Assembly (NCBI GenBank): GCA_965208105.1
Contig: OZ242318.1
Coordinates: 3,200,001-3,264,000, forward strand
From: Candidatus Latescibacterota bacterium
GTDB lineage: Bacteria; Latescibacterota; UBA2968; UBA8231
Length of the DNA: 64,000 nt
Reading direction: 5' to 3'
Below, in pieces: positions 47,010 to 55,194 of this stretch (its first letter is position 1; the number at the start of each line of letters is the position of its first letter). The notes under the pieces were generated by a model. It had not been told where the DNA came from. It searched no databases and saw nothing but the letters and a program-made list of their open reading frames with translations. The position numbers and the translations under genes were made by a program.

Positions 47010-48476
47010 ATGTCTAAATTTCAAAGACGGGTTTTTCTCCTCCTCAGTGACTTTCTCGCCATCAATGCAGCATCGGTATCCTTCCTGTGGATGAAATTCG
47101 CCGGAAATCAGCTCGAAAATGTCGAGCTTGGGTGGCGGCGGCTCCAACCTTCCGCAGATGGCGGCACTCCCCCCTTTTGGTTCGTCCTGAATCACTATCT
47201 CTACGACGCAATTCCCGCAATTTGCGTCTGCTGGCTGCTGTTCTTCGCGTTCAACGGCATGTATCGGGCCCAGCCTACCCTTTCTCGATTTGACGAGGTA
47301 GTATCCGTCTTCAAGGTAGTCACGGTTGGGACGCTGCTTTGGTTTATCGCTACCTTCAACCCGGAACAACCATTTCCCCTTACCCGGGCGTTAATTTTTT
47401 CTTACTGGCTTACTTTGATCGGGCTGCTCTCCGGTGGCCGCGTGGTCATTCACAGCATTCAGCGCCAGCTGCTGGTTCGGGGAATCGGTTGGCGCAACAC
47501 GGTGATCGTAGGGACGGACGAAAGGGGAGAACGGCTCTCTCACCACTTGAAGCTCTCGCCGGCACAGGGATTCAACGTCATTGGATTCGTGCGCACTCAC
47601 CGTGGTGAAGAAGTGGCTGCGGTAGGAGAGGTTCCTGTACTGGGTCGTGTATCGGACCTTGGCGAGATCATCTCCAGATTCCAGGTAGAAGTGATTCTGA
47701 TTGCTTTGAAATCTAACTCACACGAGGAGATTCTGGAGATCGTCGACGCAACGGGTGGAGAGCAGGTCTCCTTCGGCATCACTCCCGACCTGTACGATAT
47801 CGTCACCGGGCATGTGCGAACCAACCAGATTTACGGTGTGCCATTGATGGAATTGAAGCCCGAGCTCATGCCGACTTGGGAACAGGCAATAAAGCGCCTG
47901 ATCGATACTGCCGTGGCGGTATTGGTCGGGGTGGGCCTGGCGCCATTGTGGATTTTGGTTGCGCTGGCCATTAAAATTGATTCGAAAGGACCGGTGTTCT
48001 TTGGACAGGAACGGGTGGGAAAGGAGGGCAGGATATTTAAAATGTACAAATTCCGTTCCATGGTCCCTGATGCGGAAGAGTCCACTGGACCCGTATGGGT
48101 GAAAGGGGAGGATCCGCGGATAACGCGGATCGGCCGTATCCTGCGGGCCCTGCACCTGGATGAGATTCCCCAGTGCATAAACTTTTTTAAAGGCGATATG
48201 AGTTTGGTAGGACCGCGGCCTGAACGCCCCTACTTCGTCGAAAAGTTCAGAAAAAACATCCCTCTCTACATGCGGCGGTTCAATATAAAACCTGGTCTAC
48301 TTGGTTGGGCTCAATCCAAGCACGAGTTCGACATTAACTCGAGCAATGTCGAGGATATTGCCCGAGAGCGACTGGAGCACGATCTTTACTATATTGAGAA
48401 TATTTCGCTTAAGCTGGATCTCAAGATCATGCTGCGGACTGTCTGGTTCGTGATGGCCGGCAAGAGCACGCGCTAG
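47010..48476 (+). CDS. Undecaprenyl-phosphate sugar phosphotransferase (WcaJ/WbaP-like)
   Basis: KRLID, KFRSM, DPRITRIG, LDEIPQ, GDMSLVGPRPERP, DLYYIEN. Confidence 0.93.
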   Translation: MSKFQRRVFLLLSDFLAINAASVSFLWMKFAGNQLENVELGWRRLQPSADGGTPPFWFVLNHYLYDAIPAICVCWLLFFAFNGMYRAQPTLSRFDEVVSVFKVVTVGTLLWFIATFNPEQPFPLTRALIFSYWLTLIGLLSGGRVVIHSIQRQLLVRGIGWRNTVIVGTDERGERLSHHLKLSPAQGFNVIGFVRTHRGEEVAAVGEVPVLGRVSDLGEIISRFQVEVILIALKSNSHEEILEIVDATGGEQVSFGITPDLYDIVTGHVRTNQIYGVPLMELKPELMPTWEQAIKRLIDTAVAVLVGVGLAPLWILVALAIKIDSKGPVFFGQERVGKEGRIFKMYKFRSMVPDAEESTGPVWVKGEDPRITRIGRILRALHLDEIPQCINFFKGDMSLVGPRPERPYFVEKFRKNIPLYMRRFNIKPGLLGWAQSKHEFDINSSNVEDIARERLEHDLYYIENISLKLDLKIMLRTVWFVMAGKSTR

Positions 48477-48600
48477 TGAGCTGTCATCAGCAATGGTCGC
48501 CCCTCGCCCCCCGTCCATCTGGACTAATCGACCCGGAGGGAATCCTGCCCACCTTGCACCGCGCCGGCGCCATTCTGGCGCGTCCATGGAAGCCAGGACC

Positions 48601-49293
48601 TTATGACGACGGTCCTTTGTCCAGTTGTTTCCTCCATTCTTTCCACGTGGCCATAGAAAAATCCGGTGAATTGAAGAACGCGAAAATTCTAGACTCTCTT
48701 GCTCTGATTTCACCGGACATGCGCAGAACGTCCTCGGCATGCTCGGGGGGGATGCGGACGCACCCGTCGAGGTCGGCAAAAATAAGGTCTCCAGGTTGAA
48801 TGCGGACCTGTCCCACGGTAACGGGGACATTGAGCCGGGTCAGGTTGAAGACACCGTGGCCTGGAACGGTCCCCCAGGCGAACATTGGAAGTCCTACCTT
48901 TCGAATGCCTTCCAGGTCGCGTATGGTGCCGTCGACGACGGCTCCGACTACCCCGAGGCGCTTGTGCATGGTGGCCATGCCATCCCCGAAACTGGCGCCG
49001 CGTCCTGGGCGGGAGTCCGCGTCTTTCATTACTGCGACCAGAGGAGCTGACGATTCGTCCAGGTAGTCGTAGTAGTCGTCCCAGGGCAAGGCAGGAGAAT
49101 CCGGGTCGTTGGTGGTAACCTCGGTCGTAACTGCATAGCCAACCACCGGGCCGAATTCGGGAAGAAGGTAGCGGATCTCGTGGCTGGTGTAGTCTTCATT
49201 GGGGAGGCCGAGTTTTTTCACCATGGCGTTGAACACTGTGGGCGAGTCGAACTCTTTGAGACCTTCCAGGACTTCCGGTTTTACGCGCTGCAT
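48601..49293 (-). CDS. RraA / HMG aldolase family protein
   Basis: DSPTVFNA, GYAVT, FGDGM, DGTIRD, PGDLIFADLDG. Confidence 0.85.
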   Translation of the reverse strand: MQRVKPEVLEGLKEFDSPTVFNAMVKKLGLPNEDYTSHEIRYLLPEFGPVVGYAVTTEVTTNDPDSPALPWDDYYDYLDESSAPLVAVMKDADSRPGRGASFGDGMATMHKRLGVVGAVVDGTIRDLEGIRKVGLPMFAWGTVPGHGVFNLTRLNVPVTVGQVRIQPGDLIFADLDGCVRIPPEHAEDVLRMSGEIRARESRIFAFFNSPDFSMATWKEWRKQLDKGPSS

Positions 49294-49401
49294 GAACGTG
49301 CTCCTTTCGAGGGCGGAAGACAGGGTGGAATAATTTCCATCTGAAGGAAAAATTACGCTATACAAGGCCCGGTCTCAACGGGCGGTCTGCGAGAACATCT
49401 C

Positions 49402-51081
49402 ATGAGGCATTTCAGCCTGGTGGTATTGTACATGACAATGGCGGGTTGTGCCGTGTTTTCGGGCAGGGAAATAGCACCTGTCCGGGATATGACACTCCTT
49501 CCTCCACCGGTGTTGATGGATGGGATAGGCAACAGCCGATTTCCAGTTACCACCCGTTCAAGGGAAGCCCAGGCATATTTCAACCAGGGAGTGTCCCTGG
49601 TACATGGGTACTGGTACTTCGAAGCGTGGCGTGCCTTCAGGGAGGCGGCGCGGTTGGACAGTTCCTGCGCCATGGCCTACTGGGGGATCTACCAGTCGAG
49701 AACGGGGAACAATAAAAACAGAAAGGAAAAAAGTTCGGCGTTGAAGAGAGCCAAAGCACTGGCCTCAAACGCCGGAGAGCGCGAGCGGTACTACATAGGT
49801 GCAATAGCGCTTCTCGACTCATTGGGGGGCCGGGAGGGCCGCCTGGCCTTCATAGATAAAATGGGAACATTGATTGAAAGATATCCGGAGGATGTGGAGG
49901 CCAAACTATTTCTGGTGCGCTTCTTGATGAAAAACCGCAAACTGGACGCGGACTCGGGCGGCGAGGCACCCAGCCGGAAGGAGATCCTGCGCAACTTGCT
50001 GGTTTCCCATCCCGACCATCCGGCCGTCCATCACTACTGGATACACACAGTCGAGTCCAAGAATCCACAGGCCGGGCTGGAGAGTGCGGAAAAATTGCCT
50101 GAGCTATGCCCCAATGCCGGGCACTTGATGCACATGCCTGGTCATATTTACTACCGCATGGGAAACTACGACAAAGCGCGCCGTTCCTTCGTTGCTTCAT
50201 TCAAGGTCGACTCCACATATATGGCCCAACAGAATATCCCGCCAGCGAGAACCTGGAATTACCTTCACAACCTCAACTATCTGGTCGCAAACTGCGCCGA
50301 AAATGGCCGCTACAGGGAGGGATTGCAGTGGGCCCGGGTTTTGCAACAGGTTCCGTTGAATCTCCAAAGGCCCATAACCTTCTTCCAGGGCCGATTGCCC
50401 CTGGTCAGGCTGCAGATTCGATATGGATTTTGGAAATCGGCCTTTGAGAGTCTCTCCGAATTAGTTGAGAACGACACTCTGGCTACAACTTTTGCCAGCG
50501 ATTACTGCTTGGGTCTTCGGGCTTATGTGAGCGGAATGGCGGCGGTGGAAAAAGGGCGGCTGGACGAGGCAATCAGTAGAAGCGAGAAGCTCGAGGAGTT
50601 GAACAGGGAGATCGCGGCGCGGAAGAAGGCCGCCAGGGGCAAGTTCTATAGTAAAAGGAGGAAGAATTTTTTGGCTGCCATTTCTCTCGATCTGCAGGGG
50701 AATATCCACAGTATCGCGGGAGAGCACGAGCAGGGTTTCGAGGTCCTGGAAGAGGCGATAGAGAAGAAGAAGACATTGGGATACTCAGAGCCTCCGTTGT
50801 ATTCTCGTCCAGTTTTGGAAAGTCTGGGAAGTGCTCATCTGCGAGCCGGGGACTTTGAAAAGGCCCGGGCGGCGTATGCGCGAGTGATGCAGGAAAGACC
50901 CGGAAGTGGACACGCTCTCCTGGGCATTGCCCGATCGCATGCACTTGGTGGTCAGGAAGTCGAAGCAGGCGCCGCATACAAGGACTTTCTGGAGAGTTGG
51001 GCCAATGCCGACGATTATTTGCCTCAGGTGCATGAGGCGCGGGAATGGTTGAGAACGCATGGAGCAGACAGCGCGCCGTGA
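49402..51081 (+). CDS. TPR-repeat lipoprotein with His-rich motifs
   Basis: Lipobox-like MAGC; AQAYFNQG, CAMAYWG, HPAVHHYWIH, HLMHMPGHIY; C-terminal TPRs. Confidence 0.75.
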   Translation: MRHFSLVVLYMTMAGCAVFSGREIAPVRDMTLLPPPVLMDGIGNSRFPVTTRSREAQAYFNQGVSLVHGYWYFEAWRAFREAARLDSSCAMAYWGIYQSRTGNNKNRKEKSSALKRAKALASNAGERERYYIGAIALLDSLGGREGRLAFIDKMGTLIERYPEDVEAKLFLVRFLMKNRKLDADSGGEAPSRKEILRNLLVSHPDHPAVHHYWIHTVESKNPQAGLESAEKLPELCPNAGHLMHMPGHIYYRMGNYDKARRSFVASFKVDSTYMAQQNIPPARTWNYLHNLNYLVANCAENGRYREGLQWARVLQQVPLNLQRPITFFQGRLPLVRLQIRYGFWKSAFESLSELVENDTLATTFASDYCLGLRAYVSGMAAVEKGRLDEAISRSEKLEELNREIAARKKAARGKFYSKRRKNFLAAISLDLQGNIHSIAGEHEQGFEVLEEAIEKKKTLGYSEPPLYSRPVLESLGSAHLRAGDFEKARAAYARVMQERPGSGHALLGIARSHALGGQEVEAGAAYKDFLESWANADDYLPQVHEAREWLRTHGADSAP

Positions 51082-51196
51082 ACCTCAGATTAGAAGAATC
51101 CGGGCAGGGCGCTATGCGAGCAAATGCACCTCAATGGGTCGCTGTCAAGTGAATTTTCGCGTCAGGGAGCCTGGAGCAAGCGGGCGGTAGGAAAAG

Positions 51197-51234
51197 GAAA
51201 GGTCCCGGCAGAACTGCTACTGCCGGGACCTTTC
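51197..51234. terminator. Probable bidirectional intrinsic terminator between convergent genes
   Basis: Perfect 15-bp stem GAAAGGTCCCGGCAG-AACTGCTA-CTGCCGGGACCTTTC. Confidence 0.75.
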
Positions 51235-51281
51235 TTGGATATAGGCGCGGCCTCCATGGAAAAAGGCCGCATTGTTCCAGG

Positions 51282-51845
51282 CTAATTGCCGCAGCCGTCA
51301 CCGCAACCGCCGCAGCCGCAACCGTCGCCATCACCGCAACCGTCGCCATCACCGCAACCGTCGCCATCACCGCAACCGTCGCCATCACCGCAACCGTCGC
51401 CATCACCGCAACCGTCGCCGCAGCCGCAACCGTCGCCATCGCCGCAACCGTCGCCATCGCCGCAACCGTCGCCATCGCCGCAGCCATCACCGTCGCCGCA
51501 ACCGTCGCAGCCGTCGCCGCAGCCGCAACCGTCACCGTCGCCGCAACCGTCGCCATCGCCGCAACCGTCGCCATCGCCGCAACCGTCGCCATCGCCGCAA
51601 CCGTCGCCATCGCCGCAGCCGTCGCCATCGCCATCGCCACAGCCGTCACCGCCGCCACAACCAGCACCCTCGCCATCACCGTCACCGCAGCCGCCACCGC
51701 CCTCTTCCGCTGTCGCGGACAGGATGAGTGTGGAGTTGGCAGCAGTTGAGGTCTGTTCCGTCACGTCAAATCCATCAGCCCATGCGGCGCTGCTGATGAA
51801 AACCATCAACACCAACGCACAGAAAGAGTTAAGTAATTTTGCCAT
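51282..51845 (-). CDS. Secreted Cys/Gly/Asp-repeat protein (CGDGDG)n, 187 aa
   Basis: GAGGAG RBS, signal peptide ending AWA, 135-aa repeat region with 26 Cys, downstream terminator. Confidence 0.75.
   Translation of the reverse strand: MAKLLNSFCALVLMVFISSAAWADGFDVTEQTSTAANSTLILSATAEEGGGGCGDGDGEGAGCGGGDGCGDGDGDGCGDGDGCGDGDGCGDGDGCGDGDGCGDGDGCGCGDGCDGCGDGDGCGDGDGCGDGDGCGDGDGCGCGDGCGDGDGCGDGDGCGDGDGCGDGDGCGDGDGCGCGGCGDGCGN
51285..51690. repeat. 18-bp coding tandem repeat CCGCAACCGTCGCCATC(A/G)
   Basis: Head-to-tail units without spacers; variation mostly at third codon positions. Confidence 0.9.
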
Positions 51846-51962
51846 AAGTATTCTCCTCAGGGGTAAGGGTGGTGGGATTTCGATTCTCTGTTGAGGTACG
51901 ATGGACTCTATGGCTTGCAATAAAGCAGAGGCAAGACCAATCTTCCGTGAAATATTCACATT

Positions 51963-52739
51963 TCAGCCAATTCCCCTTGGATCCTGGCGCAGGGTCTCGA
52001 GGTTGTCTTGCAGAATCCGGGTTCCATACCCCACGATATTCCCCACATTAAGAAATCGGTAGCCCCAGCGGATCTTCTCCTGGATTTCGCCTACATCCAT
52101 CAGGGTAGTTCCGGCGACAATACCGGTACCCTCAAGCTTCCTGGGTACATCTTCCATTATTTCCTGGACTTCCCTGGAGCTGGTTTCGGTAATTTTGCCG
52201 ACAGAAGCCGACAAGTCCAGGGGTCCAACGAGGAGCACGTCTATGCCTGGGATCTTTTTGGTTTCGTCGATGTTTTCGTACGCTTCCCGGCTCTCGACCT
52301 GAAGGACGAGGACGGTCTCTTCATTGGCGGTTTTGATGACGTGATCCCAGTCTTCTCCGGCAACGCGGACCCAACCGGGGGACAGACCGCGTTCTCCCTC
52401 AGGGGGATATTTGGCATAGCGCACGGCACGGGCTGCTTCTTCCGGGGTGTTCACTTGAGGCACCATTACAGCTACGGCACCGACATCGTAGGCTTTCTTG
52501 ATGAGAGCAGGGTCGTTCCAGGCCACCCGGATCATGGGTGCCACTCCCTTGGTCCGGGCGAGGACGGGGATGGCATCCAGGGCCTCGGTTCCGAAAGGTG
52601 CGTGTTCCGTATCGATCCACAGGAAGTCCGGCCGGGTGGAGAGAACGGTTCCGGCGAGGATCGGGGTGGGGGCGGGAAGGGAACTTCCCAGGACTATTTC
52701 ACCCTTTTTCAATTTTCGCTTTAGAGGATTTGGATACAT
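51963..52739 (-). CDS. HpcH/HpaI aldolase family protein
   Basis: WIDTEH, IRV, YPPEGERG, QVES, VGPLDLS. Confidence 0.9.
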   Translation of the reverse strand: MYPNPLKRKLKKGEIVLGSSLPAPTPILAGTVLSTRPDFLWIDTEHAPFGTEALDAIPVLARTKGVAPMIRVAWNDPALIKKAYDVGAVAVMVPQVNTPEEAARAVRYAKYPPEGERGLSPGWVRVAGEDWDHVIKTANEETVLVLQVESREAYENIDETKKIPGIDVLLVGPLDLSASVGKITETSSREVQEIMEDVPRKLEGTGIVAGTTLMDVGEIQEKIRWGYRFLNVGNIVGYGTRILQDNLETLRQDPRGIG

Positions 52740-52879
52740 TGGTTCTCCTTTACTCAATTCCAAGGGACTTAAAGTAATATGCAGATTGAGTAGTATGTAG
52801 ATTGAGGATTTCTGTCAAGTAAGAGGACGGGGATTATCTGATGAAACACCAGGAGGCTGCCGTCCATTCGGTTTTTGTT

Positions 52880-53689
52880 TTATCCCAGGGAGAAAAGGAT
52901 CAGCGCTCCCAGGGCGATCCGGTAGAAGGAGAACAGGTAGGTGCCGTGCCTCGTCAGGAAGTGCAGGAGGAAACCGATGGCAAGGTATCCGCTCACCGCT
53001 GCAGCAGTGATTCCCGCTCCAAGGTAGAAGAGACTTTGACCTCCCAGGCCGTATTCCAGCAAGTTGACGAGTTGCATCAAACCGCTTGCCCCGATGGCAG
53101 GCAAGCCCAGGAAAAAGGAGAACCGCGCTGCATCCGCGCGCCTGAGGCCGATGAGGAGCCCGCCCATAATGGTGGAACCTGAGCGCGAGCAGCCCGGGAT
53201 CAAGGCCAGGGCCTGGCACAGGCCGATGAGTTGGATGTGCCAGAATCCCAGGTCCTGTATGGAGCGGGTTCGGGTCCCCACCAGTTCGGCAAGGATGAGG
53301 AGAAGGGCAAGAACAATCAGGCTCGCGGCGATAATACCGAGTCCTCGCGCCTCGGTCTCGATGAAATTCTGGAAGGTCAACCCCAGGGTTGCGATAGGAA
53401 GAGTGCCGGGAAGAATTGACCAGGCAAGGCGCGAATCTGGAGTGTGGTTGAGGTTGCGATGCTTGAGGCCTACGAGGGCTGCAGTAAAAAGCCGCCTGAT
53501 ATCGGATGCAAAGTAAGCAAACACCGCGGCGAGTGTACCTAGCTGGACAACGGCGGAGAAGGCGGCGCCCGGGTCGGGCCAGCCCAGAAAATGGGGAACT
53601 ACGCGGAGGTGAGCCGTACTGCTTATGGGCAGAAATTCGGTCAGGCCCTGGATGAGGCCCAGAAGGAGATGCTGAAGGAAGGTCATCAA
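52880..53689 (-). CDS. uppP: Undecaprenyl-diphosphatase
   Basis: QGLTEFLPISSTAHL, QLGT, PGCSRSGST, ARFSF. Confidence 0.95.
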   Translation of the reverse strand: MMTFLQHLLLGLIQGLTEFLPISSTAHLRVVPHFLGWPDPGAAFSAVVQLGTLAAVFAYFASDIRRLFTAALVGLKHRNLNHTPDSRLAWSILPGTLPIATLGLTFQNFIETEARGLGIIAASLIVLALLLILAELVGTRTRSIQDLGFWHIQLIGLCQALALIPGCSRSGSTIMGGLLIGLRRADAARFSFFLGLPAIGASGLMQLVNLLEYGLGGQSLFYLGAGITAAAVSGYLAIGFLLHFLTRHGTYLFSFYRIALGALILFSLG

Positions 53690-53732
53690 GCCTGATCTTG
53701 GTTGTTCCCTAACCTACGTTGCCCGCTCTGTC

Positions 53733-53761
53733 TTGACAAGCTGAAGGCATCGGATTACCCT
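53733..53761 (+). promoter_or_regulatory. Possible sigma70 promoter for the acetate kinase gene
   Basis: TTGACA, 17-bp spacer, TACCCT. Confidence 0.45.
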
Positions 53762-53824
53762 ACGAAATCCCCTCCCTCCAGAGCAGCCGGGCCGCCGCCT
53801 CAGCGCGGACGTAAAGAGGAATGA

Positions 53825-55015
53825 ATGAAGATTCTGGTTGCCAATCTGGGCAGTACTTCCTTCAAATACAAGCTCTTCGATATGCCCGCGGGCGAAGTCC
53901 TGGCCGTCGGGAGCATGGATCGCATAGGGGACACAGTTTCCGTTCACAAATACCGCTTGGGGGCGGCCGGGGAGGTGGAGCAGGCCTGCCACCTGCCCGA
54001 TCACGAGAGTGCCATCGACGAGGCACTGAGAAGGCTGGGGGGACGTGGCGGGATTCTGGCGGCCCCGAATGAGCTGAAGGCGGTCGGCTTCAAGGCAGTA
54101 CACGCACGCAGCATTTCGGGTACAGTAGCCCTGGATGAGGATGCAATCGATCGCATGGTCAGTTACTATCCCCTGGCACCGGCTCACAATCCCGCCTATG
54201 TCGCCGCAATCCGCCAGTTCAACCGGGTGGCACCGAACGTGGAGCTGGTCGGCTGCTTCGAGAGCGCATTCCACGGCCGCATGCCCCTGCGCCGGCAGCT
54301 CTATGCGGTGCCCTACTCCTGGTACGAAGACTACGGTGTGAGGCGCTACGGTTTTCACGGAGCCAGCCACCGTTTCGCCTCAGAGAAAGCCATGGAGCTG
54401 GAAGGTGTCTGCGAGCTCAGGCAGGTCAACTGCCACCTGGGCGGATCCTCTTCCATCTGTGCCGTAAAGGATGGGGTGTCGGTGGGAGCCTCGCATGGCC
54501 TGAGTCCTCAAAGTGGGGTGCCTCAGAACAATCGTATCGGAGACCTGGATCCCTATGCTCTTCAGCTGGTCATGCAAGAGGAGGGTATCTCCTTTTCAAA
54601 AGCGCTGGAACAGTGTGGCACCAAGTCGGGACTGCTGGGTCTGTGTGGATACAACGACATGCGGGACATCGAAGCACAGGCGGCAATGGGAAACCAAAGC
54701 TGCGCTCTGGCCATGGAGGTGTTCGCAGGGGCGATTCGCGACTATCTGGGCGCCTACCTCGTCGAGTTGGGTGGCATAGATGTCATAAGTTTTACGGGCG
54801 GCATCGGCGAGCATTCGAGCGCCGTGAGGGAAATGGTCCTGCGCGACCTGGAATTTCTGGGAGTCGTACTGGACCGGGAGGCGAATGGGCAAATCCGCGG
54901 TGAGGGATGCCTCCACGCCGCTGCAAGCCGGGTACACATCTACGTAATGCGCACGGACGAGGAGCTTGTCGTCGCTCGGCAGACACATGAATTCCTGACC
55001 GAAAGGGAGGGCTAG
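53825..55015 (+). CDS. ackA: Acetate/propionate kinase family protein
   Basis: NLGSTSFK, LAPAHN, RRYGFHGASH, CHLGG, FTGGIGE, TDEE. Confidence 0.85.
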   Translation: MKILVANLGSTSFKYKLFDMPAGEVLAVGSMDRIGDTVSVHKYRLGAAGEVEQACHLPDHESAIDEALRRLGGRGGILAAPNELKAVGFKAVHARSISGTVALDEDAIDRMVSYYPLAPAHNPAYVAAIRQFNRVAPNVELVGCFESAFHGRMPLRRQLYAVPYSWYEDYGVRRYGFHGASHRFASEKAMELEGVCELRQVNCHLGGSSSICAVKDGVSVGASHGLSPQSGVPQNNRIGDLDPYALQLVMQEEGISFSKALEQCGTKSGLLGLCGYNDMRDIEAQAAMGNQSCALAMEVFAGAIRDYLGAYLVELGGIDVISFTGGIGEHSSAVREMVLRDLEFLGVVLDREANGQIRGEGCLHAAASRVHIYVMRTDEELVVARQTHEFLTEREG

Positions 55016-55194
55016 AGTCAGCTTCCGACACCAGTAAATGGTCGGGAATTGCCGCTTCCATGCGTCCTTGCCAACCTCTTTTTGATTTATTTCCATGCGG
55101 ATTCCCCCACCGCGCTTCTTTATTGCCAATTTAGTCAGCATCACTACCTTTTTATTGGATCTGCCAACGGCATCCAGCCAAATGAACTGGTTCA

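Noticed and set aside
51285-51690. CRISPR array
   Set aside because: Repeats are contiguous 18-bp codon-phased units with no unique spacers, and no cas genes are present
51272-51894. Alternative-frame repeat ORFs (PQPSPS, RNRRHH, ATVAAM)
   Set aside because: Shadows of the tandem repeat; only the CGDGDG frame has a clear RBS and signal peptide
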